From Eubacteriales bacterium (GTDB lineage Bacteria; Bacillota; Clostridia; Oscillospirales; CAG-272): a stretch of DNA of 41,524 nt. Each line of letters opens with the position of its first letter. The stretch's first letter is position 1. Made by a program: the position numbers and the translations under genes. Shown here in pieces: positions 41,505 to 41,524 of this stretch. The stretch covers positions 1 to 41,524 of the forward strand of contig JAZSBJ010000040.1 in NCBI GenBank assembly GCA_045602305.1, read 5' to 3'. The notes under the pieces were generated by a model. It saw nothing but the letters and a program-made list of their open reading frames with translations. It ran no database searches and was not told the origin of the DNA.

Positions 41505-41524
41505 TGGTTGCGGAGGCAGGATTT
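41505..41524 (-). tRNA. Probable 3' end of a tRNA gene truncated by the window edge
   Basis: The reverse complement reads AAATCCTGCCTCCGCAACCA. That fits the T-loop tail (..AAAT), a T-stem 3' strand CCTGC, an acceptor 3' strand CTCCGCA, discriminator A and an encoded CCA. Only 20 nt are visible. Confidence 0.4.

Noticed and set aside
1-41524. Looked for CRISPR repeats, long direct or inverted repeats, transposase/integrase/recombinase genes, toxin-antitoxin pairs, restriction-modification systems and other defence-system hallmarks.
   Set aside because: I recognised no repeat arrays and no such protein motifs in any frame. The only mobility hints are the composition steps at about 185, 19.1-24.2 kb and 34.1-35.3 kb, which are reported separately.

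Overview
This is a gene-dense 41.5 kb chromosomal window that looks like a Clostridia-type Firmicute. That guess rests on mid-50s GC judged by eye, AAGGAG-type ribosome binding sites, many TTGACA-N17-TATAAT promoters and typical clostridial gene families. All calls come from reading the ORF translations and the DNA; no database search was possible. I support about 37 protein genes, and most of those between 4 kb and 33 kb are on the minus strand.

Layout, left to right:
- A truncated or chimeric M24 peptidase gene at the left edge.
- An AraC regulator plus a GHL6/GH42M-like glycosidase.
- A riboswitch-like leader driving a DUF4430 lipoprotein plus an ECF-S-like membrane protein, a likely corrinoid or vitamin uptake unit.
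- An MBL-fold hydrolase plus an asymmetric heterodimeric ABC exporter.
- glnA.
- Two tandem paralogous XRE regulators.
- A GH43 hydrolase.
- A rubrerythrin with rubredoxin-like domains at both ends.
- A roughly 15 kb Wzx/Wzy-dependent surface-polysaccharide operon (29878 down to 14889).
- Housekeeping genes: an Fe-S aldo/keto reductase, a GNAT acetyltransferase, a Cof-type HAD hydrolase and a YitT-like protein.
- A DUF3737 protein.
- A low-GC islet carrying a membrane-tethered XRE regulator.
- A sugar and amino-sugar catabolic cluster: DeoR, class II ketose-bisphosphate aldolase, SorE-like dehydrogenase, AraC, NagB-like, NagA.
- A probable tRNA 3' end at the right edge.

The polysaccharide operon encodes a DegT aminotransferase, a PglC-type initiating transferase, an ATP-grasp ligase, two GT4 enzymes, Wzy, a GT2, Wzx, a soluble sulfatase-fold protein, a LicC-like nucleotidyltransferase and FnlA/B/C.

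I saw no CRISPR array, transposase, integrase, phage genes or recognisable defence system. The most promising non-textbook content lies in the polysaccharide locus. An ATP-grasp ligase sits where an acetyltransferase is expected, and a LicC-like activator is paired with a non-sulfatase sulfatase-fold enzyme. The riboswitch-like leader, the tandem XRE pair and the membrane-tethered XRE are the next best leads.
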